In this document: positions 30,787 through 38,776 of the stretch, in pieces
How positions within the stretch are numbered: the first letter of the stretch is position 1
How the letters are laid out: each line of letters begins with the position of its first letter
Assembly: GCA_016869435.1 (NCBI GenBank)
Contig: VGEB01000003.1
Span: forward strand, 1,008-65,007
Length of the DNA stretch: 64,000 nt
DNA from: Alphaproteobacteria bacterium
GTDB taxonomy: Bacteria > Pseudomonadota > Alphaproteobacteria > Rhizobiales > Beijerinckiaceae
Direction: 5' to 3'
Translations under genes and position numbers: made by a program
Notes under the pieces: generated by a model
Seen by the model: only the letters and a program-made list of their open reading frames with translations
What the model was told of the DNA's origin: nothing
Databases searched by the model: none

Positions 30787-32865
30787 ATGAGCGACCTGAC
30801 GCTCGCCTTTTCGCCCCTCATTCCCTGGGTCGTTCTGATCCTCTTCGGCGTTATCGGTTTCGGCGCCGTTGCGCTGATGGCCGCGAGGGGCCAGCGCGGC
30901 ATCGGCTTGCGCGCCTTCGCGCTCGCCTTGCTGATCGCGGCGCTCGCCGATCCATCGCTGGTGCGCGAGAAGCGCGATCCGCAAAAGAGCGTCGTCGCCG
31001 TCGTGATCGACAAGAGCGACAGTCAGAAATTCGGCGCGCGAGACGCGCAGACGGACGAGGCGCGCAAGGCGCTCGACTCGGCGCTCGCCAAATTCGGCGA
31101 TGTCGAGACGCGCACGATCAGCGTCTCCAATGACGCTTCCGGCAATGACGGCACCAAGCTCTTCGGCGCGCTCGCCGAAGTCTTGAAGGACGTTCCGCCC
31201 GAGCGAATCGGCGGCGCGATTCTTCTCACCGACGGCGTCGTTCACGACATTCCCGCCAAAGCCGAGGCGGTCGGCTTCAAGGCGCCGATCCATGCGCTGG
31301 TGACGGGCCATCAGGGCGAACGCGACCGACGCATCGAACTTGTCGAGGCGCCGCGCTTCGGCATCGTCGGCAAGGATCAGATCATCCGCGCCCGCGTCGT
31401 CGATCTTGGCGGCGACGGCGCGCGCATCCCGATTTCGGTGCGCCGCGACGGCGAAGCGCTCCCGACATTCAGCCCCGTCCCCGGCGACATCGTCAGCATT
31501 CCGGTGCGGATCGAACATGGCGGGCAAAATGTCGTCGAACTCGAAATACCGCCGGCGCCAGGCGAGCTGACGCCGCTCGACAACAAGGCGGTGCTGTCGA
31601 TCGAAGGCGTGCGCGACCGACTTAAGGTGCTGCTCGTGTCGGGCGAGCCGCATCCCGGCGAGCGAAGCTGGCGCAATCTTCTACGCGCCGACGCCAACGT
31701 CGAACTGGTGCATTTCACCATTCTGCGGCCGCCGGAAAAGCTCGACATCACCCCCGCGAGCGAACTATCGCTGATCGCCTTTCCGACCGCCGATCTCTTC
31801 GGCCGCAAGATCAACGAATTCGATCTCATCATCTTCGATCGCTATTCGAGCCAGACGACTCTGCCCTCGATCTATTTCGAGAATATCGCCAATTACGTCG
31901 AGAACGGCGGCGCCTTTCTCGCGGCGGTCGGCCCCGATTACGCGACGCTGCGCGGGCTCTATTACTCGCCGCTCGAAAATATCCTGCCGGCGCGCCCCGA
32001 CGGCGCGCTTTTCGAACAGGCGTTTCGCGCCCGCGTCAGCAAGGACGGCGAAAAACATCCGGTGACGCGCGGACTGGCGGGCGCCAATGCCGAGCCGCCG
32101 AATTGGGGCGAATGGTTTCGACAGGTCGACGCCAATGTGGTGAAGGGCGACTCGATCATGTCGGGCGTCCGCGACAAGCCGCTGCTGGTGCTGTCGCATG
32201 AAGGCAAAGGCCGCGTGGCGCTGCTGCTCTCCGACCAGATCTGGCTCTGGGCGCGCGGCTTCGAGGGCGGCGGTCCGCATATCGATCTGATGCGCCGTCT
32301 CGCCCATTGGCTGATGAAGGAGCCAGATCTCGAAGAGGAGGCGTTGCGCGCCGCCGCGCATGGCCGCGACGTGAGCGTCGAGCGCCAGACGATGAAGGAA
32401 ACGCCCGCGCCGGTGATGGCGACGGCGCCTTCCGGCGCGCGCGAGGAGATTGCGGTTGCGCAGAGCGAACCCGGACTGTGGCGCGCGCGTTTCGACGCGA
32501 AGGAAATGGGCCTGTGGCGCTTCGAGAGCGAGGGTCTGACGGCGCTCGTCAATGTCGGCCCGCCCAATCCGCGCGAGTTCCGCGAAGTCGCGTCGACGAC
32601 GGAAAAGCTGCAGCCGCTGGCGGAGGCGACGGGCGGAACCGCGCGGCGTCTTTCGAACGGCGGCGCCGATACGGTTGCAATGCCGCGCGTCGTGGAACTG
32701 CGCGACGCCAACCGCTATGGCGGGTCGGACTGGATCGGAATCAGGCAGACCGGCGCCTCGACGCTGGTTGGCGTCGAAATCGCGCCGCTCGGACTCGGAT
32801 TATGGGCGATGCTGGCGCTTGTCGGCGCCGTGGTCGCTGCCTGGGGCTGGGAGGGGAGAAGGTAA
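30787..32865 (+). CDS. Conserved membrane protein of the MoxR operon (vWA-like plus glutamine-amidotransferase-like domain)
   Basis: N- and C-terminal TM segments, VVIDKSDSQ, ILLTDGVVHD, VLLVSGEPHPGERSWRNLL and ELSLIAFP. Confidence 0.85.
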   Translation: MSDLTLAFSPLIPWVVLILFGVIGFGAVALMAARGQRGIGLRAFALALLIAALADPSLVREKRDPQKSVVAVVIDKSDSQKFGARDAQTDEARKALDSALAKFGDVETRTISVSNDASGNDGTKLFGALAEVLKDVPPERIGGAILLTDGVVHDIPAKAEAVGFKAPIHALVTGHQGERDRRIELVEAPRFGIVGKDQIIRARVVDLGGDGARIPISVRRDGEALPTFSPVPGDIVSIPVRIEHGGQNVVELEIPPAPGELTPLDNKAVLSIEGVRDRLKVLLVSGEPHPGERSWRNLLRADANVELVHFTILRPPEKLDITPASELSLIAFPTADLFGRKINEFDLIIFDRYSSQTTLPSIYFENIANYVENGGAFLAAVGPDYATLRGLYYSPLENILPARPDGALFEQAFRARVSKDGEKHPVTRGLAGANAEPPNWGEWFRQVDANVVKGDSIMSGVRDKPLLVLSHEGKGRVALLLSDQIWLWARGFEGGGPHIDLMRRLAHWLMKEPDLEEEALRAAAHGRDVSVERQTMKETPAPVMATAPSGAREEIAVAQSEPGLWRARFDAKEMGLWRFESEGLTALVNVGPPNPREFREVASTTEKLQPLAEATGGTARRLSNGGADTVAMPRVVELRDANRYGGSDWIGIRQTGASTLVGVEIAPLGLGLWAMLALVGAVVAAWGWEGRR

Positions 32866-32915
32866 GGGACGCCGAAATCGAACCCCTTCCGCTTTGATCG
32901 TGATAAAGTGCCATC

Positions 32916-33131
32916 ATGAATCAACGTCCGGCGACATCTTTCATCCCTGAGCCGCAAGCCTTGGTCGGCGCCTGTCGACGCTTTGGTCCATTCGGGCCGG
33001 CCTATGAGATCATTGGCGTCGGCAAGGAAGAGCCCTTGGGCGATCGTTGGATGCAAATTCGCGTGCTCGAATCCGGCGAAGTCGTCGATTACAAGTTTAG
33101 TGAAATTCTAGACGATCCGAAGGAGCGTTGA
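32916..33131 (+). CDS. Small hypothetical protein (DUF5397-like), candidate VapD partner
   Basis: LVGACRRFGPFGPAYEII...ESGEVVDYKFSEILDDP. Its stop overlaps the vapD start (TGATG). Confidence 0.65.
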   Translation: MNQRPATSFIPEPQALVGACRRFGPFGPAYEIIGVGKEEPLGDRWMQIRVLESGEVVDYKFSEILDDPKER

Positions 33132-33469
33132 TGTTTGCCATCGCGTTCGATTTGGTCGTCAGCGAAATCCAAATCCATTATGCGAAAGGTGTCGCGCAGG
33201 CCTATTCGGATATTCGCGACACGCTCTCCAAGTTCGAATTCGACTGGGTTCAGGGCAGCCTTTACGTGAGCAAGAACGAGGATTTGGCAAAATTGTTCTC
33301 CGCTATCATGGCGCTACGGAGCCTGCCTTGGTTTCCGCTTGCGGTGCGCGACATACGCGCCTTTCGCGTCGAGCAATGGTCCGACTTCACTCAAATGGTG
33401 AAGGGCGCGCTTCTCCTGCTAATCTCCCGCCATCTTGGAGATTCGCCTTGGCCAACTACCGCGCAATAG
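33131..33469 (+). CDS. vapD: VapD (Cas2-like) virulence-associated nuclease
   Basis: MFAIAFDL, AYSDIR..L, VQGSLY and VRDIRAFRVEQWSDFT. The C-terminal ~20 aa look like read-through. Confidence 0.85.
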   Translation: MFAIAFDLVVSEIQIHYAKGVAQAYSDIRDTLSKFEFDWVQGSLYVSKNEDLAKLFSAIMALRSLPWFPLAVRDIRAFRVEQWSDFTQMVKGALLLLISRHLGDSPWPTTAQ

Positions 33470-34584
33470 GTCTCATGTCCGGCACGTCGATGGACGGCGT
33501 CGACGTCGCGCTCATCGAAACCGACGGCGACGCCGCCGTCGCCTTCGGGCCGACGGGACATTACCCTTACAACGACGCCGACCGCGCGCTGCTGCGCAAC
33601 GCGCTCGCCGAGGCCGCGACGCTGGAGGACCGCGACGCGCGGCCGGGCGTGCTCGCCTTCGCCGAGCGCATGGTGACCGACCGCCACGCCGAGGCCGTGG
33701 AGACGCTGATCGGCGACAACGCCATCGATCCGGCGAGCGTCGATATCGTCGGCTTTCACGGCCAGACCGTGCTGCATCGTCCCAAGCAGGGATTGACGAT
33801 TCAGATCGGCGACGGGCCGGCGCTCGCGGCGCGTCTCGGCCTAGACGTCGCCTATGATTTCCGCGCCGCCGACATCGCCGCGGGCGGGGAGGGCGCGCCG
33901 ATCGTGCCCGTGTTCCATCGGGCGCTCGTCGCTGGCGGCGGGATGAAGGGCGAAGTGGCGCTCCTAAACATCGGCGGCGTCGCCAATGTCACCTATGTCG
34001 CCGACGGCGAGGAGCCGATCGCCTGCGACACCGGGCCTGGCAATGCGCTCATCGACGATCTGATGCTCCAGCGCACCGGCGCGCCGATCGACCGGCACGG
34101 CCATATGGCGGCGCGCGGCCGCGTCAACGAAGCGACGCTGCTCAAAATGCTGGCGCATCCGTTCTTCGATCAGGCGCCGCCGAAATCGCTCGATCGCAAC
34201 GCCTTCGCGCTCGACGCGGTCGCCAAGCTCTCGACCGAGGACGCCGCGGCGACGCTCACCGCCTTTACCGCGGCCTCGGTGCTGCGGCTTTTCCCGCATC
34301 TGCCGACTCAGCCGCAGCTGCTCATCGTCTGCGGCGGCGGCGCGCGCAATCCGATCCTCGTGCGCGAGCTCGTCATGCGCCTGCCGTGCAAGGTGACGAC
34401 GGCGGATGCGGTCGGCTGGTCGGCGGATTCGATGGAGGCGCAGGCCTTCGCCTATCTCGCCGCGCGGGTCTTGGAGGGGCTGCCGATCACCTTCCCGACG
34501 ACCACCGGCGCCCCGCAAGCCATGCCCGGCGGCGTGCTGGCGCGGGCGGAATCATCTGTCATTCCCGGCAGGCCGCAGGCCTGA
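33448..34584 (+). CDS. anmK: Anhydro-N-acetylmuramic acid kinase
   Basis: AIGLMSGTSMDGVD, GFHGQT, GGEGAP, LNIGGVAN, DTGPGNAL, GGGARN and EAQAFAYLA. TTG start at 33448 follows GGAG. Confidence 0.95.
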   Translation: MANYRAIGLMSGTSMDGVDVALIETDGDAAVAFGPTGHYPYNDADRALLRNALAEAATLEDRDARPGVLAFAERMVTDRHAEAVETLIGDNAIDPASVDIVGFHGQTVLHRPKQGLTIQIGDGPALAARLGLDVAYDFRAADIAAGGEGAPIVPVFHRALVAGGGMKGEVALLNIGGVANVTYVADGEEPIACDTGPGNALIDDLMLQRTGAPIDRHGHMAARGRVNEATLLKMLAHPFFDQAPPKSLDRNAFALDAVAKLSTEDAAATLTAFTAASVLRLFPHLPTQPQLLIVCGGGARNPILVRELVMRLPCKVTTADAVGWSADSMEAQAFAYLAARVLEGLPITFPTTTGAPQAMPGGVLARAESSVIPGRPQA

Positions 34585-34660
34585 CCGGGAATCCAGAGTC
34601 AATGTAGTAAGGCTGATTTTACGCTGGATTCCTGAACGCGCTTCGCGCGTCGGGAATGAC
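34558..34660. repeat. REP-like GTCATTCC...GGAATGAC element overlapping the anmK stop
   Basis: GTCATTCCCGGCAGGCCGCAGGCCTGACCGGGAATCCAG...CTGGATTCC...CGGGAATGAC inverted arms. Confidence 0.8.
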
Positions 34661-34669
34661 AATGGAGCC

Positions 34670-35344
34670 TCAATCTCCCCGCGCGGGAATGGCGATTCTC
34701 GGCGGATTGCCGAGGCGCCGGTCGAGATAGGCGTCGACATGGGCGATCAGAGGCTCGACCCTGTTTTCGAAGAAATGGTTCGCGCCTTCGACCACCGCAT
34801 GTTCGATGACGATGCCCTTCTGAGTTTTGAGCTTCTCGATGAGTCCCGTCACCTCCTTGAGCGGCGCGACGCGGTCCTGATCGCCATGGACGAAAAGGCC
34901 CGAGGACGGGCAGGGGGCGAGGAAGGAGAAGTCGAAACGGTTCGCGGGCGGCGCGACCGAAATGAAGCCCTCGATCTCCGGGCGGCGCATGAGAAGCTGC
35001 ATGCCGATCCAGGAGCCGAAGGAGACGCCGGCAATCCAACAGGCGCGCGCCTCCGGATTGACCGACTGCGCCCAATCGAGCGCCGCCGCCGCGTCAGACA
35101 ATTCGCCCAGGCCATGATCGAAGGCGCCCTGCGACCGGCCGACGCCGCGGAAATTGAAGCGCAGGACGGAAAAGCCGCGCTCGGCAAAGGCATAGTACAG
35201 GTGATAGACAATCTGATTGTTCATCGTGCCGCCGAACTGCGGATGCGGGTGCAGCACGATCGCGATCGGCGCGCCGCGCGTGGCGGACTGATGAAAGCGG
35301 CCCTCAAGCCTGCCGGCCGGACCGGTGAAGATAACCTCGGGCAT
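34670..35344 (-). CDS. Alpha/beta hydrolase (usual SUF-neighbouring family)
   Basis: MPEVIFTGPAGRLEGR, HPHPQFGGTMNN, RFNFRGVGRSQG and GVSFG. Confidence 0.92.
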   Translation of the reverse strand: MPEVIFTGPAGRLEGRFHQSATRGAPIAIVLHPHPQFGGTMNNQIVYHLYYAFAERGFSVLRFNFRGVGRSQGAFDHGLGELSDAAAALDWAQSVNPEARACWIAGVSFGSWIGMQLLMRRPEIEGFISVAPPANRFDFSFLAPCPSSGLFVHGDQDRVAPLKEVTGLIEKLKTQKGIVIEHAVVEGANHFFENRVEPLIAHVDAYLDRRLGNPPRIAIPARGD

Positions 35345-35485
35345 TCATGATCCCTTGCGAAACTGGCAGGCGCGCCTTCTACCACGCGGGCCACAGTGAA
35401 ATGCAAGGAAATTCGGCGGTGAGAGGCGCGGCGAATTTTGACCGTCCCGCCCAAAGGAATCGGCGAGCCCGGCCGTCTATGGTCT

Positions 35486-35601
35486 CAGATCACGCTGCAT
35501 TTGGGCGGAATCGCTCCAAATGCAGATAACGCAATCGATTCCTAAAGTTTAGAGCGCTCTACGCGAAAAACCGGTTCCCACTTTTTCGCAGCGCGCTCTA
35601 G
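35486..35601. repeat. Rhizobiales intergenic palindromic repeat, copy 2
   Basis: Same orientation as 26775-26892 and near-identical to it. Confidence 0.85.
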
Positions 35602-35624
35602 CGGGGCAAAGTAGCGGGGGAGAA

Positions 35625-36164
35625 TTGCCGGGGGAAGAAACCGACGGCGACTTGGCGCAACGGGCGGCCGCCGGCGACCGCGCCGCTTTCGCGACGCTGG
35701 CCGAACGCCACTACGATCGCGTCTACGCCCTCGCCTGGCGCTGGAGCGGCGCGCGCGTGGAAGCGCAGGACATCGCCCAGGACTCAATGGTGAAAATGGC
35801 GACGGCGATGAACGGCTTCCGCAACGACTGCGCGTTTGCGACCTGGGCCTATCGTATCGCCTATACGACTGCGGTCGACCATATCAGGGCGCGGCGCAGA
35901 ATCGTCGCGCTCGAACCGGCGCGAATATCGGCGCTTGCCGACGGCGCCGACAGCGGGACTCCGGAGAACGAAATGATGGGGCAGGAGCTTTGGCGCGCCG
36001 TGCGCGCGCTGCCGGATCAGCAGCGCGACGCCGTGCTCCTCGTCTATGCGCAGGATCTGTCGCATGGCGAAGCGGCGGCGCTGATGGGCTGTTCGGAGAA
36101 GACGGTGTCGTGGCATCTGCATGAGGCGCGCAAGCGCCTCAGAATCATTCTGGAGGCGGTGTGA
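35625..36164 (+). CDS. ECF sigma-70 factor
   Basis: AQDIAQDS...F.TWAYRIAY..AVDHIR (region 2) and LPDQQRDAVLL...LSHGEAAALMGCSEKTVSWHLHEARKRL (region 4). TTG start follows GGGGGAGA. Confidence 0.92.
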   Translation: MPGEETDGDLAQRAAAGDRAAFATLAERHYDRVYALAWRWSGARVEAQDIAQDSMVKMATAMNGFRNDCAFATWAYRIAYTTAVDHIRARRRIVALEPARISALADGADSGTPENEMMGQELWRAVRALPDQQRDAVLLVYAQDLSHGEAAALMGCSEKTVSWHLHEARKRLRIILEAV

Positions 36165-36377
36165 TGCGGCGTTTATCGCAAGGTCGCGCAGACGTAGCGA
36201 CCCCGTCGTCCCCCTCCCCACGCTTTAGCGGCGGGGAGGGGTTAGGGGTGGGGGGCGATTCCGCCGCGCGCAGAATCCGCATTGCCCCCCACCCGGTTCG
36301 CTTCGCGAGCCACCCTCCCCGCCGCTTCGCGGGGGGAGGGATGGGCGTGGCTTGCATCATTGCGCAGTGGGAGGCGG
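36160..36377. mobile_element. Short palindromic insertion (CCCTCCCC...GGGGAGGG family) at the sigma/vWA junction
   Basis: Two hairpins at about 36210-36240 and 36312-36341. GGAGGCGG direct repeat at 36152-36159 and 36370-36377. Confidence 0.55.
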
Positions 36378-36381
36378 CAGG

Positions 36382-38436
36382 ATGATCGAACCTGATCTCA
36401 CACGTCTCAAGGACGCGCCTGTTCCGCCGCCCGACGATGACGCCAAGCGCGTAGCGCTCGCGGCGGCGACAGCGGCATTCGAAAAAGGCGCAGCCGGCGC
36501 CCAAGGATCGGCGGCACCGCAACGTCTCAGTCACGCATCCACTCCAACGGAAGGGAAAAGGAAGATGCGTCAGACGTTTCATTTCAACCGTGCGCTGGCG
36601 GCCTCGATCGCCGTATTGATGATCGGCGCGCCCGCCGCTTTCATGCTTTCGCGCAACTATTCTTCGTCGGTGGGCGGAAGCGCATCCAATTTTCCGGCGA
36701 GCCTTTCCGCGCCGCCGGCCAAATTGGCCGTCGCCCCGCCGATGGAGGCTCGGTCCGAGCTTCAGCCGTCGCCGGCGCCAAGGGCAGACGTCGCGCGAGA
36801 AGAGATGGCGAAGACGGCGAGGAGCGCAGCAACGCTTGGCGGCCAAGTCGATGGCGTCGCCGCCGCCTTGCCGCCAGCGCGTCCCGTCGGCGCGGTTCAT
36901 GACGGCGCCAAACGGAAGCTGTCGCGATCCGCTCATGACGCGAGGTCGATCGCTGCGGTCGAAACAAGCGCCTCGCCGCCGATCGATAGACACGTTGCGA
37001 CGGAGAGCGAATTTCGCGACAGGTTCGATTCAAAGGAGATCAACCCCGTCAAAGTTGCGGCGACGGAGCCGGTCTCGACCTTTTCGATCGACGTCGACAC
37101 CGCCTCTTACGCCTTCGCCCGCCGCGCCCTTAACGCCGGGCGGCTGCCGCCCAAGGATTCGGTGCGGGTCGAGGAGTTCGTCAACTACTTCCCTTATAAC
37201 TATGCGAAGCCTGAGAGCGCGCAGACGCCTTTCAAGCCGACGATTACGGTGACGCCCAGTCCGTGGAGCGCCGGCAACCGCCTGGTTCATATCGCGATAC
37301 AGGGCTATGCGCTGCAAAGCGTCGAGCGTCCCCGCGCCAATCTCGTCTTTCTGATTGACGTGTCGGGCTCAATGTCGCCGGATGATCGGCTGCCGCTCGT
37401 CAAGAACGCGCTCCGAATGCTCGTCGACGAATTGAAGCCTGACGACACGGTCGCGGTCGTGACCTACGCTTCGGGTTCGGGCGTCGCTCTCGAACCGACC
37501 AAAATCTCTGACAAGGCCAAAATTCTGGCCGCGATCGACGCGCTCGGCGCGGGCGGCTCGACCGCCGGCGCGCAAGGCATTCAGGACGCCTACCGCCTCG
37601 CTGAGGCGAGTTTCGACAAATCCGCCGTCAATCGCGTGATACTTGCGACCGACGGCGATTTCAATGTCGGCGTCAGCGATCAAAGCGAATTGAAAGGGCT
37701 GATCGAAAGAAAGCGCGAGAAGGGCGTTTTCCTGTCCATACTCGGCGTCGGCAAGGGCAATTACAATGACGCGCTGATGCAGACGCTGGCGCAGAACGGC
37801 AATGGCGCGGCGGTCTATGTCGATAATCTCAATGAAGCGCGAAAGGCGCTTGTTGAGGAGGCGTCGTCGACGCTTTTTCCCATCGCCAAGGACGTGAAAA
37901 TTCAGGTCGAATGGAACCCCGCACGCGTATCCGAATATCGTCTCATCGGCTACGAGACCCGCGCGCTGCGGCGCGAGGATTTCAATAATGACAAGGTCGA
38001 TGCTGGCGATGTCGGCTCCGGCCACCGCGTCACCGCGATTTATGAAATTACCCCGGCGGACTCGGATAAGAAGCTTGTCGACGAACTGCGCTACGGAAAG
38101 CAAAAGGCGCCGGCGGCGGGACAGGCGAGCGCGGAAAGCGAGCTCGGTTTCCTGAAGCTGCGCTACAAGCTGCCGAAGGAAAACGCGTCGCGGCTCGTCA
38201 CCCAACCGATCGCCGACTCGCAGAGCGCCGAAAGCGTGGCGCGCGCGCCGGAGGACGTGCGCTTCTCCATCGCCGTCGCCGCTTTTGCACAACTGTTGAA
38301 AGGCGCGCCCTATCTCGGCAATTACGGCTATGACGACGTGATCGCGCTGGCGCAAAGCGCCAAGGGCGACGATCCATTCGGCTATCGCGCGGAATTCGTC
38401 AATCTGGCGCGCCTCGCCAAGTCGCCGCAGCCTTGA
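36382..38436 (+). CDS. Membrane-anchored vWA domain protein (YfbK-like), probable anti-sigma
   Basis: Short N-terminal domain and one TM (ASIAVLMIGAPAAFML), then STFSIDVDTASY, LIDVSGSM (MIDAS), ILATDGDFNVG and YRLIGYETR. Confidence 0.9.
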   Translation: MIEPDLTRLKDAPVPPPDDDAKRVALAAATAAFEKGAAGAQGSAAPQRLSHASTPTEGKRKMRQTFHFNRALAASIAVLMIGAPAAFMLSRNYSSSVGGSASNFPASLSAPPAKLAVAPPMEARSELQPSPAPRADVAREEMAKTARSAATLGGQVDGVAAALPPARPVGAVHDGAKRKLSRSAHDARSIAAVETSASPPIDRHVATESEFRDRFDSKEINPVKVAATEPVSTFSIDVDTASYAFARRALNAGRLPPKDSVRVEEFVNYFPYNYAKPESAQTPFKPTITVTPSPWSAGNRLVHIAIQGYALQSVERPRANLVFLIDVSGSMSPDDRLPLVKNALRMLVDELKPDDTVAVVTYASGSGVALEPTKISDKAKILAAIDALGAGGSTAGAQGIQDAYRLAEASFDKSAVNRVILATDGDFNVGVSDQSELKGLIERKREKGVFLSILGVGKGNYNDALMQTLAQNGNGAAVYVDNLNEARKALVEEASSTLFPIAKDVKIQVEWNPARVSEYRLIGYETRALRREDFNNDKVDAGDVGSGHRVTAIYEITPADSDKKLVDELRYGKQKAPAAGQASAESELGFLKLRYKLPKENASRLVTQPIADSQSAESVARAPEDVRFSIAVAAFAQLLKGAPYLGNYGYDDVIALAQSAKGDDPFGYRAEFVNLARLAKSPQP

Positions 38437-38446
38437 GGGCGCGCCT

Positions 38447-38668
38447 ACCTCCCCCTTGCGGGCGGGGAGGTCGAGCGCCAAAGGCGATCGGGTTGGGGGC
38501 ATCGGCAAGATTGCACGCCCGCCCACCCCACCGGTTCGTTGCGCTCGACACCCTTCCCGTCAAGGGGAGGGATGAACTCCGCCGCAGTCTCCCTTATCCT
38601 GAAAAGGCGCAGGTGCCGCCGCAAATTCCATCCCCCTGAAAAGGGGAAGGGAAGGTTGGGGTGGGGCC
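38447..38668. repeat. Cluster of CCTCCCC...GGGGAGG hairpins
   Basis: ACCTCCCC..GGGGAGGT, CCCTTCCC..GGGGAGGG and ATCCCCCTGAAAAGGGGA. Shares CCACCC-CCGGTTCG with the 36160-36377 insert; a fragment recurs near 40543-40586. Confidence 0.7.
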
Positions 38669-38776
38669 AGACCTTTCGCCCGATCCGAGGAAACGCCGCG
38701 CACGCCTCCTTGCTCGGTGGGGCGGACGTGCTAGCCTGCGCATCGAGCAAAACGATATTGACGAAAGCGTTTGCAG

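Noticed and set aside
33131-33469. VapD as Cas2 of a CRISPR locus
   Set aside because: There is no repeat-spacer array and no cas1 or other cas gene in the window.
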